From: Desulfuromonadales bacterium
GTDB lineage: Bacteria > Desulfobacterota > Desulfuromonadia > Desulfuromonadales > SZUA-540
Direction: 5' to 3'
DNA length: 64,000 nucleotides
NCBI GenBank assembly: GCA_033549025.1
Contig: JAWSUS010000003.1
Span: 32,001-96,000 of the forward strand
Shown here in pieces: positions 27,373 through 37,251 of this stretch. The notes beneath the pieces were generated by a model. The model was given only the letters and a program-made list of their open reading frames with translations, was not told where the DNA came from and made no database searches. The first letter of the stretch is position 1. Every line of letters starts with the position of its first letter. Position numbers and translations under genes: made by a program.

Positions 27373-27401
27373 AGAATATCAGGGGGCCGATGGGCTGTCA
27401 A
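27373..27401 (-). promoter_or_regulatory. putative sigma70 promoter
   Basis: TTGACA-N17-TATTCT on the minus strand upstream of the rubrerythrin-like gene. Confidence 0.65.
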
Positions 27402-27558
27402 CACAAGGGCCAAAGCAAAAGAATCCCCTCAAAACGGTTTTTGGGTTAGCCATCGTTTTTATTGGTTTTTATCGGGACAACTGCTATACTGACACGCTGT
27501 TTTAGCCGTAACGGAACTGGGAGGTTCCAGCAACCAAAGCCTGTTTAGGGAGCATATC

Positions 27559-28101
27559 GTGAATCCGCTGTGGGGCAATATTTTTCGTAAAAAATCCGAG
27601 GAAGAGTCCCTGGCCTACCTGCTGGGCACCATCCCCCTGTTTACCGATCTCAACGGGCGGGAGATCCGTCTGCTCGAATCCCTCGTCCACATCCGCCACT
27701 ACGATGCCGGCGAGACGATTTTTAACGAAGGCGATCCGGGCAGCGGTCTCTACATCATACGGTCCGGCCGCGTTCGCATTTTCCACCCATCCCCGTCGGG
27801 GCAGGAGGAGGAAGTAACGGTTCTCGGCCCGGGCGATTTTTTCGGCGAAACGACCCTCACCGCTCCGGCCAGCAGGACCGCTTCAGCCCGGGCGCTGGAA
27901 AATGCCGAACTGGTCGGGCTTTTTCGCGCTGACCTGATGGAGGTGATCCCCAAGAATCTCGGCCTGGCCAACAAAATCCTCATGGGACTGACCCGCTGTA
28001 TCAGTGAGAGGCTTCACAGCGCCAGCCATGAAATCCGTCGTCTCAAAGCCCAGCTCGAATCTTCCGCCAAAGAGCGTGAATCGACAGGGTTGCCCGAATG
28101 A
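27559..28101 (+). CDS. stand-alone cyclic-nucleotide-binding domain protein
   Basis: IFNEGDPG..LYIIRSGRV and GDFFGE..L...SRTASARA; no HTH domain. Confidence 0.9.
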   Translation: MNPLWGNIFRKKSEEESLAYLLGTIPLFTDLNGREIRLLESLVHIRHYDAGETIFNEGDPGSGLYIIRSGRVRIFHPSPSGQEEEVTVLGPGDFFGETTLTAPASRTASARALENAELVGLFRADLMEVIPKNLGLANKILMGLTRCISERLHSASHEIRRLKAQLESSAKERESTGLPE

Positions 28102-29222
28102 CTGACTCCAGAAAACTGACCCGCCCGCAAATCGTTCTGCTCTACCTGGTGCTGACGGCCGGCATCGCCAGCGGCCTGGCCATCTTTTCCTCGGCCACCA
28201 ACGTCTTCGGCCTGCTGAGAACGGCGACGGCCGGCCTGATTCTTCCTCTGCTGCTGGCCATGATCACCGCCTTTCTGCTCGACCCCCTGGTCAAATACAT
28301 CGAGAGGGATCACATCAGCCGGACGTTCAGCATTTTCGTCGTCTACCTGCTTATATCCTCGGCCCTTTACCTGGCCGCCAGCTGGCTGGTCCCCCAATGG
28401 GTGGATATGTGGAACTCGCTGCGGGCAGACATTCCACGCTATGCCGGCAACCTCGTTGCCTTTGTGAAAGAGGTGCAGCTGGGCCTGCAGGCCCGCTTGC
28501 CCATGATCCAGGGCTACGAATTTACCAGCAAAGCCCGCGACCTGATCGAAGGGGCCGTCGGCTACCTGCTGGTACAGACCCCCAAATCGGCCCTCCGCCT
28601 GGGCAGTCTGCTGATCCTGGTGCCGCTCTTTTCCTTTTTTTTCCTGCGCGACGGCCGCAAGATTCTGCGCTCCACGATTTCTCTGGCCCCCAACCGCCAG
28701 TTTGAAATGCTGCACGATCTCTCCTTTCATATCAGCCAGCAGATGGCCCACTTCATCCGCGGGCGCATTCTCGAGGCCTTTATCGTCGGCGTCGTGGTGG
28801 CCGTGGGACTGTCCTTCACCGACATCCGCTATGCCCCTCTGCTGGGCCTCTTCGCCGGGGTCACTAACCTGGTGCCCTATATCGGCCCCATCGTCGGCAT
28901 GATTCCCGGCCTGCTCATCGCCTTGACCGACCTCGGCATGGGCGGCCAGTTCTGGTGGATCGTCATGGTCTATGTCCTGATTGCGCAGGTGATCGTCGAC
29001 AATTTCATCCTCATCCCCATTCTCATCTCCCGCGTATCCAACCTTCACCCCCTCTGGGTCCTGCTGGCCATCATCATGGGCGGCAAACTCTACGGAGTTC
29101 TGGGCATGATTATCGGGGTACCCATCGCCAGCATCATCAAAATCGCGATTCTGGAGACGCGCCATTATCGCCGGACGTTCCAGCTGCCCGAACAGATCGC
29201 CGAACCCGACCGCCATCACTGA
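28098..29222 (+). CDS. AI-2E family transporter
   Basis: AFLLDPLV, FFFLRDG, NLVPYIGP, LHPLWVL and GMIIGVP motifs; ATGA overlap with the upstream gene. Confidence 0.92.
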   Translation: MTDSRKLTRPQIVLLYLVLTAGIASGLAIFSSATNVFGLLRTATAGLILPLLLAMITAFLLDPLVKYIERDHISRTFSIFVVYLLISSALYLAASWLVPQWVDMWNSLRADIPRYAGNLVAFVKEVQLGLQARLPMIQGYEFTSKARDLIEGAVGYLLVQTPKSALRLGSLLILVPLFSFFFLRDGRKILRSTISLAPNRQFEMLHDLSFHISQQMAHFIRGRILEAFIVGVVVAVGLSFTDIRYAPLLGLFAGVTNLVPYIGPIVGMIPGLLIALTDLGMGGQFWWIVMVYVLIAQVIVDNFILIPILISRVSNLHPLWVLLAIIMGGKLYGVLGMIIGVPIASIIKIAILETRHYRRTFQLPEQIAEPDRHH

Positions 29223-29340
29223 CGCCCCCTGACCATCGCCGGAGCCCTGCGGGACACCCCGGCGCCAGCCGCGTCGGCTTGACTTTGGCGTATCGTATAC
29301 ACCATACTGCCCCCATTCTCCCTTAAACAACGTGGTTTCG

Positions 29341-31320
29341 ATGAGCAAGTACCTTTTCGGTTTCGTCAAAAACCTCAGGCTTCGCCCGAAAATGCTGGTG
29401 ATCGTGCTGCCGGTGGTCCTCATCCCGATTTTCATTGTGGGGGCGCTCATCGGTGTGACCGCGACCAAACAGGCCTATCGCGGCATCACCCAGACGAGCA
29501 TGGATGACCTCGACCATATGGCGGGCTTCACACTCGACCTGCTCAACTCCCACTACCAGCAATTCCAGGTCTACAAGCAGGACAAACGCAAGTCCTTCAC
29601 CGAAGACCTGGGGGTGCTCACCGACTTCGCCTACAACCTCGTTGAAACCCAGCATCAGCAGTATCGCAATGGCACCCTCACTTTGGAGCAGGCCAAGGCG
29701 GAAGCCAAAAAGGCCCTGAAAAAAACCAGCGTGGGAGAAACGGGCTATATCTACGCCATCACCACAGCGGGTGACCTCAAGGTCCATGTTGCCCGGGAGG
29801 GGGAGAACATCATTGATGAACAGGACGAATGCGGCCGTTATTTCATCCGCGAGATGACGGAAAACGCCCTCCGCTCCCAAACGGACGAAGTTCAGTTCAT
29901 CACCTACCCTTGGCGCAACGAAATCCTCGGGGACACGGCTCCCCGTCGCAAAATCGCCGCCTACCGCTATTTTCGCGAATGGGACTGGATCATCGCCGTC
30001 AGCAGCTACCTCGACGAAACCTACGAAGACCTGGCCTTTGAAACCCGCTCCCTCGAAGAGCTTAAAGACAAGCTGAAAAGCAAGAAGGTCGGCAAAACCG
30101 GCTATATCTTCTGCATGGACAGTGAAGGGGAATTCACCGTACACCCTGAAGCGGAGGGGCAGAACCACTTCGATGCCGTGGATTCGGCAGGAAATCACTT
30201 TCTGCAGGAGATGATCGAAAAGAAAAACGGCTGGATCCGCTACCCCTGGCTGAACCCGGGAGAGGCCAGCCCGCGCATGAAAATTGTGCGCTACGTCTAC
30301 TTTGCTCCCTGGGACTGGATTGTGGGCGTCGGCTCCTACGAAGACGAATTCTACCAGGAGGCCAATCTCATCAAATGGCGCATCGTCACCGCCATGCTGC
30401 TGCTGCCGCTTTTCGTGGGCCTGGCGGCTGTCATCCTGATTTTTCTGGCCTCGAAAATTTTGACGGAGCCCATCAACCACATGATCGAGGTCATTCGTCA
30501 GGTCAAGCAGGGCCGGCTCGATGTGCAGATGCAGGTAGAAACTCGGGACGAACTGGGAGAACTGGCCACCACCTTCAACCGCATGACCGGCATCATCAAG
30601 CGCAATCAGGAAATGGAAGCCGCCTTGGCCCAGCAGGGCAAAATGGCCTCCCTTGGAATCCTCTCTTCCGGAGTGGCTCACGAAATCAACAACCCTCTGG
30701 GCGTCATTCTGGGTTATGCCAGCTATATGGAAGGCAAGATCCCGCCGGAAGATCCCAATTATAAGTACATCCACGAGATCAAACGGGAGAGCAAGCGCTG
30801 TAAAAAGATCGTTCAGGATCTCCTGAGCTATGCGCGAACGCCCAAACCGACCCTGGAAGAGACGGACATCAACGACCTGCTCACCCAGATCACCGACTTT
30901 GCCGCCAATCACACGGACATGCACCATGTTTCCGTCGTCTGCGATTTTGCCAGGGATCTCCCCCGCATACCTGTCGACGGCGATCAGATGCGGCAGGTGG
31001 CCATCAACCTGATTCTCAACGCCGGCCCCGCCATGGCAGAAGGCGGACAGCTGGTCGTCGGCACCCGGCTGGGGGATGACGGTTATCTTCACATCACTTT
31101 CCGTGACAATGGCTGCGGCATCCCGCCCGAAAATGTGGAGAAGATCTTTGAACCGTTCTTCACCACCAAGGCAAGAGGCACCGGCCTGGGCCTCGCCATC
31201 ACCAAGCAGATCATCGAGCAGCACCAAGGCAAGATCACACTTGAAAGCACGGTTGGCGAAGGAACCACCGTCACTGTCCTGCTGCCCGTGACCCAAGAGG
31301 AAAACTCCTATGGCTTCTAA
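29341..31320 (+). CDS. membrane sensor histidine kinase with tandem Cache domains and HAMP (NtrB-like core)
   Basis: Two GYI...H...YPW.N...K..Y....WDWI repeats, HAMP (RDELGELA), [15 protein letters not shown] and GTGLGL. Confidence 0.93.
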   Translation: MSKYLFGFVKNLRLRPKMLVIVLPVVLIPIFIVGALIGVTATKQAYRGITQTSMDDLDHMAGFTLDLLNSHYQQFQVYKQDKRKSFTEDLGVLTDFAYNLVETQHQQYRNGTLTLEQAKAEAKKALKKTSVGETGYIYAITTAGDLKVHVAREGENIIDEQDECGRYFIREMTENALRSQTDEVQFITYPWRNEILGDTAPRRKIAAYRYFREWDWIIAVSSYLDETYEDLAFETRSLEELKDKLKSKKVGKTGYIFCMDSEGEFTVHPEAEGQNHFDAVDSAGNHFLQEMIEKKNGWIRYPWLNPGEASPRMKIVRYVYFAPWDWIVGVGSYEDEFYQEANLIKWRIVTAMLLLPLFVGLAAVILIFLASKILTEPINHMIEVIRQVKQGRLDVQMQVETRDELGELATTFNRMTGIIKRNQEMEAALAQQGKMASLGILSSGVAHEINNPLGVILGYASYMEGKIPPEDPNYKYIHEIKRESKRCKKIVQDLLSYARTPKPTLEETDINDLLTQITDFAANHTDMHHVSVVCDFARDLPRIPVDGDQMRQVAINLILNAGPAMAEGGQLVVGTRLGDDGYLHITFRDNGCGIPPENVEKIFEPFFTTKARGTGLGLAITKQIIEQHQGKITLESTVGEGTTVTVLLPVTQEENSYGF

Positions 31321-32695
31321 ACGCATCATGCTGATTGATAACGAAGAAGGCCTCTGCCGGATGATGGAGGCCATCCTGACCGACAACGGCTACGCGGCCA
31401 AAGCCTATACGCGCTCTTTTGAAGCGGTAGAAGAATTCAAGGGCTCCGACTGGGATCTGGTTATCAGCGATGTCAAAATGCCGGGCATGGACGGACTGGA
31501 AGTACTGCAGCGCATCAAGGAAAAATCACCCTCCACCCCCGTTATCATGATCACCGCCTTTGCCACCGTCGAGATGTCTATTCAGGCCCTGCGGCGGGGG
31601 GCCTACGATATTCTGACGAAGCCCTTCGAGCCCGAGGAACTTCTCTACCGGGTCAAAAATGCCCTCAAGCAGACCGAGCTCTTTGAAGAGAATCAGGAGC
31701 TGCGCAAAGAGCTGGTGGGCAAGTTCCGCTTTGACAATATCATCGGCGCCACCACCGGCCTGCGGCCTCTCATGGAGACGGTGGAAAAGATCGCCATCCG
31801 CGACACCTCCGTGCTCATTACCGGCGAGTCGGGTACGGGCAAGGAGCTGATCGCCCAGGCCATTCATTACAACAGCCCTCGCCGCGACAAGCGTTTTCTC
31901 GCCATCAACTGTGGCGCCCTGCCCGAGTCCCTGCTCGAAAGCGAACTCTTCGGCTACAAAAAAGGCGCCTTCACGGGCGCGACGGAGAACCGGCAGGGAC
32001 TGCTGGAAGCGGCGGACGGCGGTACCCTCTTCCTCGACGAAGTCGGCAACCTGCCGATGAACGTGCAGAAAACCCTGCTTCGGTTTCTGCAGGAGCAGGA
32101 ATTTCACCGCATCGGCGATACACGCCCCACCAAAGTGAACGTCCGCATCCTGTCGGCCACCAACGCCGACCTGCTTGCCGACGTTGAAAAGGGCACCTTT
32201 CGCGAAGATCTCTACTACCGTCTCAACGTGGTGAATCTCAGGCTCCCGCCCCTGCGGGAGCGCCGTGGCGATATCCCCTTGCTCGTGACCCACTTCATCA
32301 AACAGCAGAACGAAAAATTCGGCACCCAGATCAAGGGGCTCTCCAGTGAAGCACTCAACGCGGCCTGCCAGTTTTCCTGGCCTGGCAATATCCGCCAGCT
32401 GCGCAACGTACTCGAGGCCTCCATGGCGATAGAAACCGCAGAAGTCATCCAACTTGACACCCTGGCCCAGTTCATCGATACGGGAAAAGAAACAGCAGCG
32501 GAGCCAGCCCTTTCTTCGGACAGCGAAAACGACTATTCATCGGCCCTGGCTGATTTCGAAACCCGCTATCTCAAGAGTCTGTTGCAGAAAACAGGCGGCA
32601 ACGTCGAAGCCGCCGCCCGCGAAGCCGGTATGAACATGGCCACGATCTATCGAAAACTTAAAAAGTACGAAATCAGCCGGGATGATTTCTCCTGA
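31310..32695 (+). CDS. sigma54-dependent response regulator (NtrC family)
   Basis: Receiver (SDVKMPGMDG), GESGTGKE, GAFTGA, FLDEV and a Fis-type HTH. Confidence 0.97.
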   Translation: MASKRIMLIDNEEGLCRMMEAILTDNGYAAKAYTRSFEAVEEFKGSDWDLVISDVKMPGMDGLEVLQRIKEKSPSTPVIMITAFATVEMSIQALRRGAYDILTKPFEPEELLYRVKNALKQTELFEENQELRKELVGKFRFDNIIGATTGLRPLMETVEKIAIRDTSVLITGESGTGKELIAQAIHYNSPRRDKRFLAINCGALPESLLESELFGYKKGAFTGATENRQGLLEAADGGTLFLDEVGNLPMNVQKTLLRFLQEQEFHRIGDTRPTKVNVRILSATNADLLADVEKGTFREDLYYRLNVVNLRLPPLRERRGDIPLLVTHFIKQQNEKFGTQIKGLSSEALNAACQFSWPGNIRQLRNVLEASMAIETAEVIQLDTLAQFIDTGKETAAEPALSSDSENDYSSALADFETRYLKSLLQKTGGNVEAAAREAGMNMATIYRKLKKYEISRDDFS

Positions 32696-32701
32696 TCGCT
32701 C

Positions 32702-32880
32702 CTTGCAGTGATGCAAGGGGCTGTCCCAGACCATTTGCACATCTGCAAAAAATTTTTATGGCCCGGACTTTCTTCATAACACCTTGAAATCACACAACAC
32801 ACCCCTCTGTCAGGTGAGATTCTCCCCCAAAAGGCCGCCGCGCCCCCGTGACCTCCTGTCCTTTTTTGCACATTCGCAAA
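32702..32880. promoter_or_regulatory. three palindromic enhancer-like sites TTTGCA-N4-TGCAAA
   Basis: CTTGCAGTGATGCAAG 32702-32717, TTTGCACATCTGCAAA 32734-32749, TTTGCACATTCGCAAA 32865-32880. Confidence 0.75.
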
Positions 32881-32969
32881 AAACAAGCATCCTTACCACC
32901 AAAACTTGGCCTCACACAACACCCTGTTTTTAAATATCTTTTTCGCTTTCCGGCTTTTTAAACAAGCGT

Positions 32970-32985
32970 TGGTACGCCCTTTGCT
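32970..32985 (+). promoter_or_regulatory. putative sigma54 promoter of SatP-like gene
   Basis: TGGTACGCCCTTTGCT = GG-N10-GC, preceded by an AT-rich tract. Confidence 0.78.
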
Positions 32986-33145
32986 CTAGTAAATGATCAG
33001 TTGCTTCCGACGGTGCGTGGTGAGGCTTCGACCCGTTGAGGGACGGATCGAAACTCCCCCGCACCCGCTTTTCACCTCGAAAGACAGGCCACCGCCTCTG
33101 AGGCTGCCATCCTGTTGACCTGAAACCCCGGAGAGAGTTTCTGCC

Positions 33146-33724
33146 ATGATAAACAAATCCACGGTTTCAATCCTTCCCCTGTCCTCCGTCACTGTCAATT
33201 CCGCCCCTCTGGGCCTTTTGGGCCTGGGGCTTACTGCCCTGCTCTTCGGCGTACATCTCACAGGGCTCTTTACTGTAAACAGCCAAGTTCTGGCGACCTG
33301 CATGTTTTACGGCGGCGCCGGACAGATTCTCGTTGGCATCATGGAGTGGCGCCGGCAGCACACCTTCTGCGCCGTGACCTGCACAGCCTTCGGTCTCTTC
33401 TGGATTTCCCTGATCGCCCTGATCATCCTGCCTGAAGGCCATTCGGGGGCAGCCCCCCAAACCACCGAACTCGTCTCCTATCTCGCCATGTGGGGTCTTT
33501 TCTCTTTTATATTCCTGATCAACGCCCAGGTTCCGCTCCCACTCAAGCTGGTCTTTGCCGGCATATCCGGCATGATCCTGACCCTGGCCGCGGCAATCTC
33601 CCTGGCCAGTCCGGCTCTGCAGATTCTCGCCGGCTCTTTCGGACTGCTGGCCGCCGTCATGGCCCTGTATGCCGCCATGACACCCCCTTTGCGCCAGTTT
33701 TTCGCCAGCACCTCAAAGAGCTGA
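33146..33724 (+). CDS. GPR1/FUN34/YaaH (SatP-like) acetate/carboxylate channel, divergent
   Basis: NSAPLGL, FYGG.GQ...G..E, TF....TAFGLFW motifs; six hydrophobic segments. Confidence 0.85.
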   Translation: MINKSTVSILPLSSVTVNSAPLGLLGLGLTALLFGVHLTGLFTVNSQVLATCMFYGGAGQILVGIMEWRRQHTFCAVTCTAFGLFWISLIALIILPEGHSGAAPQTTELVSYLAMWGLFSFIFLINAQVPLPLKLVFAGISGMILTLAAAISLASPALQILAGSFGLLAAVMALYAAMTPPLRQFFASTSKS

Positions 33725-33803
33725 TTTTTTTCACGAGCCCCAAAACCCCGCTTACGGGCTGAGCCCCACACGGCTGTATTTTGTTCCCACATTCAGCATT
33801 CCC

Positions 33804-33833
33804 TTGACAACCCGCCCTGCCGACGGTTAATTT
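33804..33833 (+). promoter_or_regulatory. putative sigma70 promoter
   Basis: TTGACA followed 17-18 nt later by TTAATT/TAATTT. Confidence 0.45.
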
Positions 33834-33948
33834 AAAATATCGTTTTAAAGCTGTCGCCATGGCTAAATCCGCCATGACCGCACCGTGATTCCCAGCACGT
33901 CCGTCCGAAGGATTCTCCCTTGGGAGGGACGCTACCCCAGGAGACCTT

Positions 33949-34329
33949 GTGAACGCCCGACTGAGCCAACATCTAACCCTGCTCGGCCTGTGCTCCATGA
34001 TCTTTTACGGTGTCATGCTCGGTACCGGCAAGCTCTCCATTGAGGTCATGCCTCATTTTGTCATTTCCGCGGTTATTTTCCTCACCTCCGGCCGCCTCAT
34101 GCGCAAAGCTGCACGCAGCCAGGAGGAACTGGACAAAGAGGAAGAAAAACGCCAAAAGCAGGCGGAAGTGGACTGGGAATGGTTTACGGCCATGTTCAAC
34201 TGGACCATGGCTCTCATCGTCATGGGCACTCTCACCATCTTCCTGATGAAACCCCTGGGGTCCTCCTTTGTAGAAGCGCTCAAAAGCGTCACGCCCCACG
34301 CGCATTACGTCGACACCACTGTCCCCTGA
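33949..34329 (+). CDS. hypothetical membrane protein (3 TM)
   Basis: GTG with GGAG RBS; three hydrophobic segments and a charged linker. Confidence 0.65.
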   Translation: MNARLSQHLTLLGLCSMIFYGVMLGTGKLSIEVMPHFVISAVIFLTSGRLMRKAARSQEELDKEEEKRQKQAEVDWEWFTAMFNWTMALIVMGTLTIFLMKPLGSSFVEALKSVTPHAHYVDTTVP

Positions 34330-34517
34330 TTCAGACTGAAGGACGGTTCCGCCCCCTTCCCTTGTTAAAGTCCCCACCCTCAGGAATTTCCTGAGTTCCC
34401 TCACCCGCCCGTTTGTGCTAGGGTTCTTTTTAGTCACGCCAAGATCAAGGATTAATGCCTGAAGCCATGGTAATATTTGGCTTTTTCTAATCTCTCGCCA
34501 CCAGAAGAGATACTCTT

Positions 34518-35684
34518 ATGCCCTCAGACCAAAAACCCGACAAGACCCCAAGTCAGCAGATTGCTCAGATGCGGGCGGAGATTGCGCAGCTTCGGCAAGA
34601 GTTGAGCGAGAGCCAGACGGCCTATTCCAGGCTGGCCGCGCAGGAGGCCCGTTACCGCTCGCTGATGGAATTGGCGGCCGACGCCATTTTTCTCGGAGAC
34701 ACTCAGGGCAACATCACGGCAGCCAACGCCAGCGCCTTGACACTGACGGGATACGGGCAGGACGAGCTCATCGGCAGGAATATCTCCTGCCTTTTTTCAG
34801 ACGAAGAACGAACGACAAAACCTCTGCGTTATGACCTGCTCAAAGCCGGCAAGGTACTGCTGACCGAACGAAGTCTGACCAGAAAAGACGGCTCCACGGT
34901 CGCCGTCGCCATGAACAGCAAAATGATGCCTGACGGAACCTACCACACGGCCATGCGCGACATCAGCTACGCAAAACGCCTTGAAGAAGAGATGAACACC
35001 GCGCACAGGGAGCTGGAGAGATTTGTCTATACTATCTCCCACGATCTGCGCACACCGCTGGCGGCCATCATCGGGTTTGCCGAATTTCTGCAGAACGAGC
35101 CTGAAAAGCAATGGAATGAACAGACGGAAGATATTCTCGGCGAGATTGAAAAAGCAGGCACAAAGATGCTGAAGCTTTTGGAAGACCTGCTCTGCCTGGC
35201 CACCGCAGGGCGTCTCGAACGCCCGCAATCTCCGGTCGCCGCGACAGAGGTGGTAGGCTCTGTTCTGGCCGAGTTGAAAAGCCGCCTGAACCATGCCGGC
35301 ATCCAGGTTTCTGTCGGCCCACTCCCTTCCCTGCATGTCCCCGAAACTTTTCTCACCCAGGTTTTCAGCAATCTGATCGGCAACGCTCTGCGCTACGCGA
35401 GTGGGGCAAACAACTGTGTCACCATAGGCGGGGAGAAAAAGGGGAGCCGAGTCCGGTTTTTTGTACGGGACCAGGGCAGGGGAATTTCAAAAATGGAGCG
35501 TGACAGAATTTTCGAGGTTTTTTTTCGGGGTGAAAACACCCAAAAGAGCGAAGGTTCCGGCCTGGGCCTCGCCATCGTACAGAAAGTCGCTCAGGCTTAC
35601 GGCGGCAAAGCCTGGCTCGAGGATACGCCGGGCGGCGGCTGTACCTTCTGGGTCGAAATGGAGGATGTCCCGCCCACCGTCTGA
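34518..35684 (+). CDS. PAS-domain sensor histidine kinase (orphan)
   Basis: Coiled coil, PAS (AN.SA..LTGY..DELIG), SHDLRTPL, NLIGNA and GSGLGL. Confidence 0.92.
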   Translation: MPSDQKPDKTPSQQIAQMRAEIAQLRQELSESQTAYSRLAAQEARYRSLMELAADAIFLGDTQGNITAANASALTLTGYGQDELIGRNISCLFSDEERTTKPLRYDLLKAGKVLLTERSLTRKDGSTVAVAMNSKMMPDGTYHTAMRDISYAKRLEEEMNTAHRELERFVYTISHDLRTPLAAIIGFAEFLQNEPEKQWNEQTEDILGEIEKAGTKMLKLLEDLLCLATAGRLERPQSPVAATEVVGSVLAELKSRLNHAGIQVSVGPLPSLHVPETFLTQVFSNLIGNALRYASGANNCVTIGGEKKGSRVRFFVRDQGRGISKMERDRIFEVFFRGENTQKSEGSGLGLAIVQKVAQAYGGKAWLEDTPGGGCTFWVEMEDVPPTV

Positions 35685-35705
35685 CCTTTTAAAAGCGCTG
35701 GCTTT

Positions 35706-37028
35706 TCAGCTCAGGCCGTCGCGGCTACCGGACCTTTTCCAGAACAGGGGAGAAACCAGATACGACACGGCGGCGATCATGCAAACCACCAGGGCAGCGG
35801 TATAGTGATCGCGGCGTACCCCCAGGGCGAGAAGAAACAGAAACACCCCCAGAAAAAGCACCTTGGCGATTTTGGGAATTTTAGGCAACACCGTTCGGCC
35901 GAAGTGGGGATAAGGCACCCGTGAGACCATCAGCAAAGAGGTCGCCACTACGATAAGGGCCGACACCAGATCACTGGGAATCAGCACACAGGTCGTCCCC
36001 GCCAGCAAAGCGCCGGCCGGAGAGGGCATGCCCGCAAAAGTTCCCACCCCACCGGCGATCCCGGCCTTTCTTTTCTCCACCACAAAACGCACCAGACGGT
36101 AAACCACAGCGCCAACATAGATGACTCCGATCAGAGCCCCAATCCACAGCTTCGCAAAAGAAGCCATAACAATAAGTCCGACGGTAAGACCGAAACTCGT
36201 GCCATCGGCCACATCGTCAAAAAGCTCACCCTGTGGGGTCGACCCCCAGCGCTCCGCCGCTCTGCCGTCAAAAAGATCGAGAAACTGCCCGAGAAAAACC
36301 AGCCCCAGAGCATAGACGGCCGGGTGCCCGGCGAGGATCACCCAGCACCCGGCCAGACCGCACACCAGGTTGAGGATACTGAGGATATTGGCATACCAGT
36401 AGTTGGGAATGAGCTTGAAAAAGGTGGAACAAAAAGCCAGGGCGGCGACCATACCCATCAGCGGCTGGATGGATCGCCCCAAAAGTGGCAAGGGCCCGTA
36501 GATCCACTCCAGGCCGACGACGATCAACAAAACCACGACCAGAAAGGTCTTGGCCTTGCCAAAGAGGTTGGCCGCCTTGACCTTGATAAAATAGCGGGAG
36601 AGCTGGCCGGCAATATCGAAGGTCAGAAAGAAGCCAACGAGATAGGGATTGAGCCAGCCCCGCCAGGAGAGATAAACCAGCATGGGCGTGTACATGAGCT
36701 TGTCGGAAAAAGGATCAATTGTCTCCCCTTCTTCCGTGTGAAGGTCGCACTTGCGGGCAATATCGCCATCGGTGATGTCGGTAATCATCCAGAAGGTGAA
36801 GAAAAGAAAACTCAACTTCGGGTAGCCCATATGCAGAAAGGCGGCGGAAACAAAGCCCATGGGATAGCGGGCGCGGCTGATGGAATTGGGGTGGAGCCAG
36901 GCGTGCCGGCGCACCCAGGCCACCTGGGCAGGGGTTCGCAGAAAATACGTAACGGCAAAGCGCTCGGCCCCCAGCATCAGCAGGACCGGAAGGGCAATTT
37001 CAACGAGAATGGAAGTATATACGTTCAT
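35706..37028 (-). CDS. CDP-alcohol phosphatidyltransferase with two tandem catalytic domains
   Basis: Two D-x2-DG-x2-A...G-x3-D-x3-D motifs: DITDGDIAR...GETIDPFSD and DLFDGRAAE...GELFDDVAD. Confidence 0.85.
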   Translation of the reverse strand: MNVYTSILVEIALPVLLMLGAERFAVTYFLRTPAQVAWVRRHAWLHPNSISRARYPMGFVSAAFLHMGYPKLSFLFFTFWMITDITDGDIARKCDLHTEEGETIDPFSDKLMYTPMLVYLSWRGWLNPYLVGFFLTFDIAGQLSRYFIKVKAANLFGKAKTFLVVVLLIVVGLEWIYGPLPLLGRSIQPLMGMVAALAFCSTFFKLIPNYWYANILSILNLVCGLAGCWVILAGHPAVYALGLVFLGQFLDLFDGRAAERWGSTPQGELFDDVADGTSFGLTVGLIVMASFAKLWIGALIGVIYVGAVVYRLVRFVVEKRKAGIAGGVGTFAGMPSPAGALLAGTTCVLIPSDLVSALIVVATSLLMVSRVPYPHFGRTVLPKIPKIAKVLFLGVFLFLLALGVRRDHYTAALVVCMIAAVSYLVSPLFWKRSGSRDGLS

Positions 37029-37191
37029 GGCATCCTGCTTTGGATGAGAGTGAAAACAACCGCCGACATGCGGCGCAGGGCAAAAATCCTACGCCCCCTC
37101 TTATCCCACCCGGTCCTTTCGCTGTCAACCCGAAAAAAGGACGCCGGGGTTTCCCATCGACACAGCGCCATGGTGCAATCTACGGGTGAAA

Positions 37192-37232
37192 AGCACAAAA
37201 AACCCCGCCAAATAGGCGGGGCTTTTTGTGCT
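37192..37232 (-). terminator. intrinsic terminator downstream of OFA transporter
   Basis: AGCACAAAAAACCCCGCC-aaata-GGCGGGGCTTTTTGTGCT. Confidence 0.85.
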
Positions 37233-37251
37233 CGCGAAGCAAACTCTGAAC

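Noticed and set aside
32993..33118. 41-codon uORF in the SatP-like leader
   Set aside because: Its ATG lies at or just before the predicted sigma54 TSS, there is no RBS, and the composition is uninformative.
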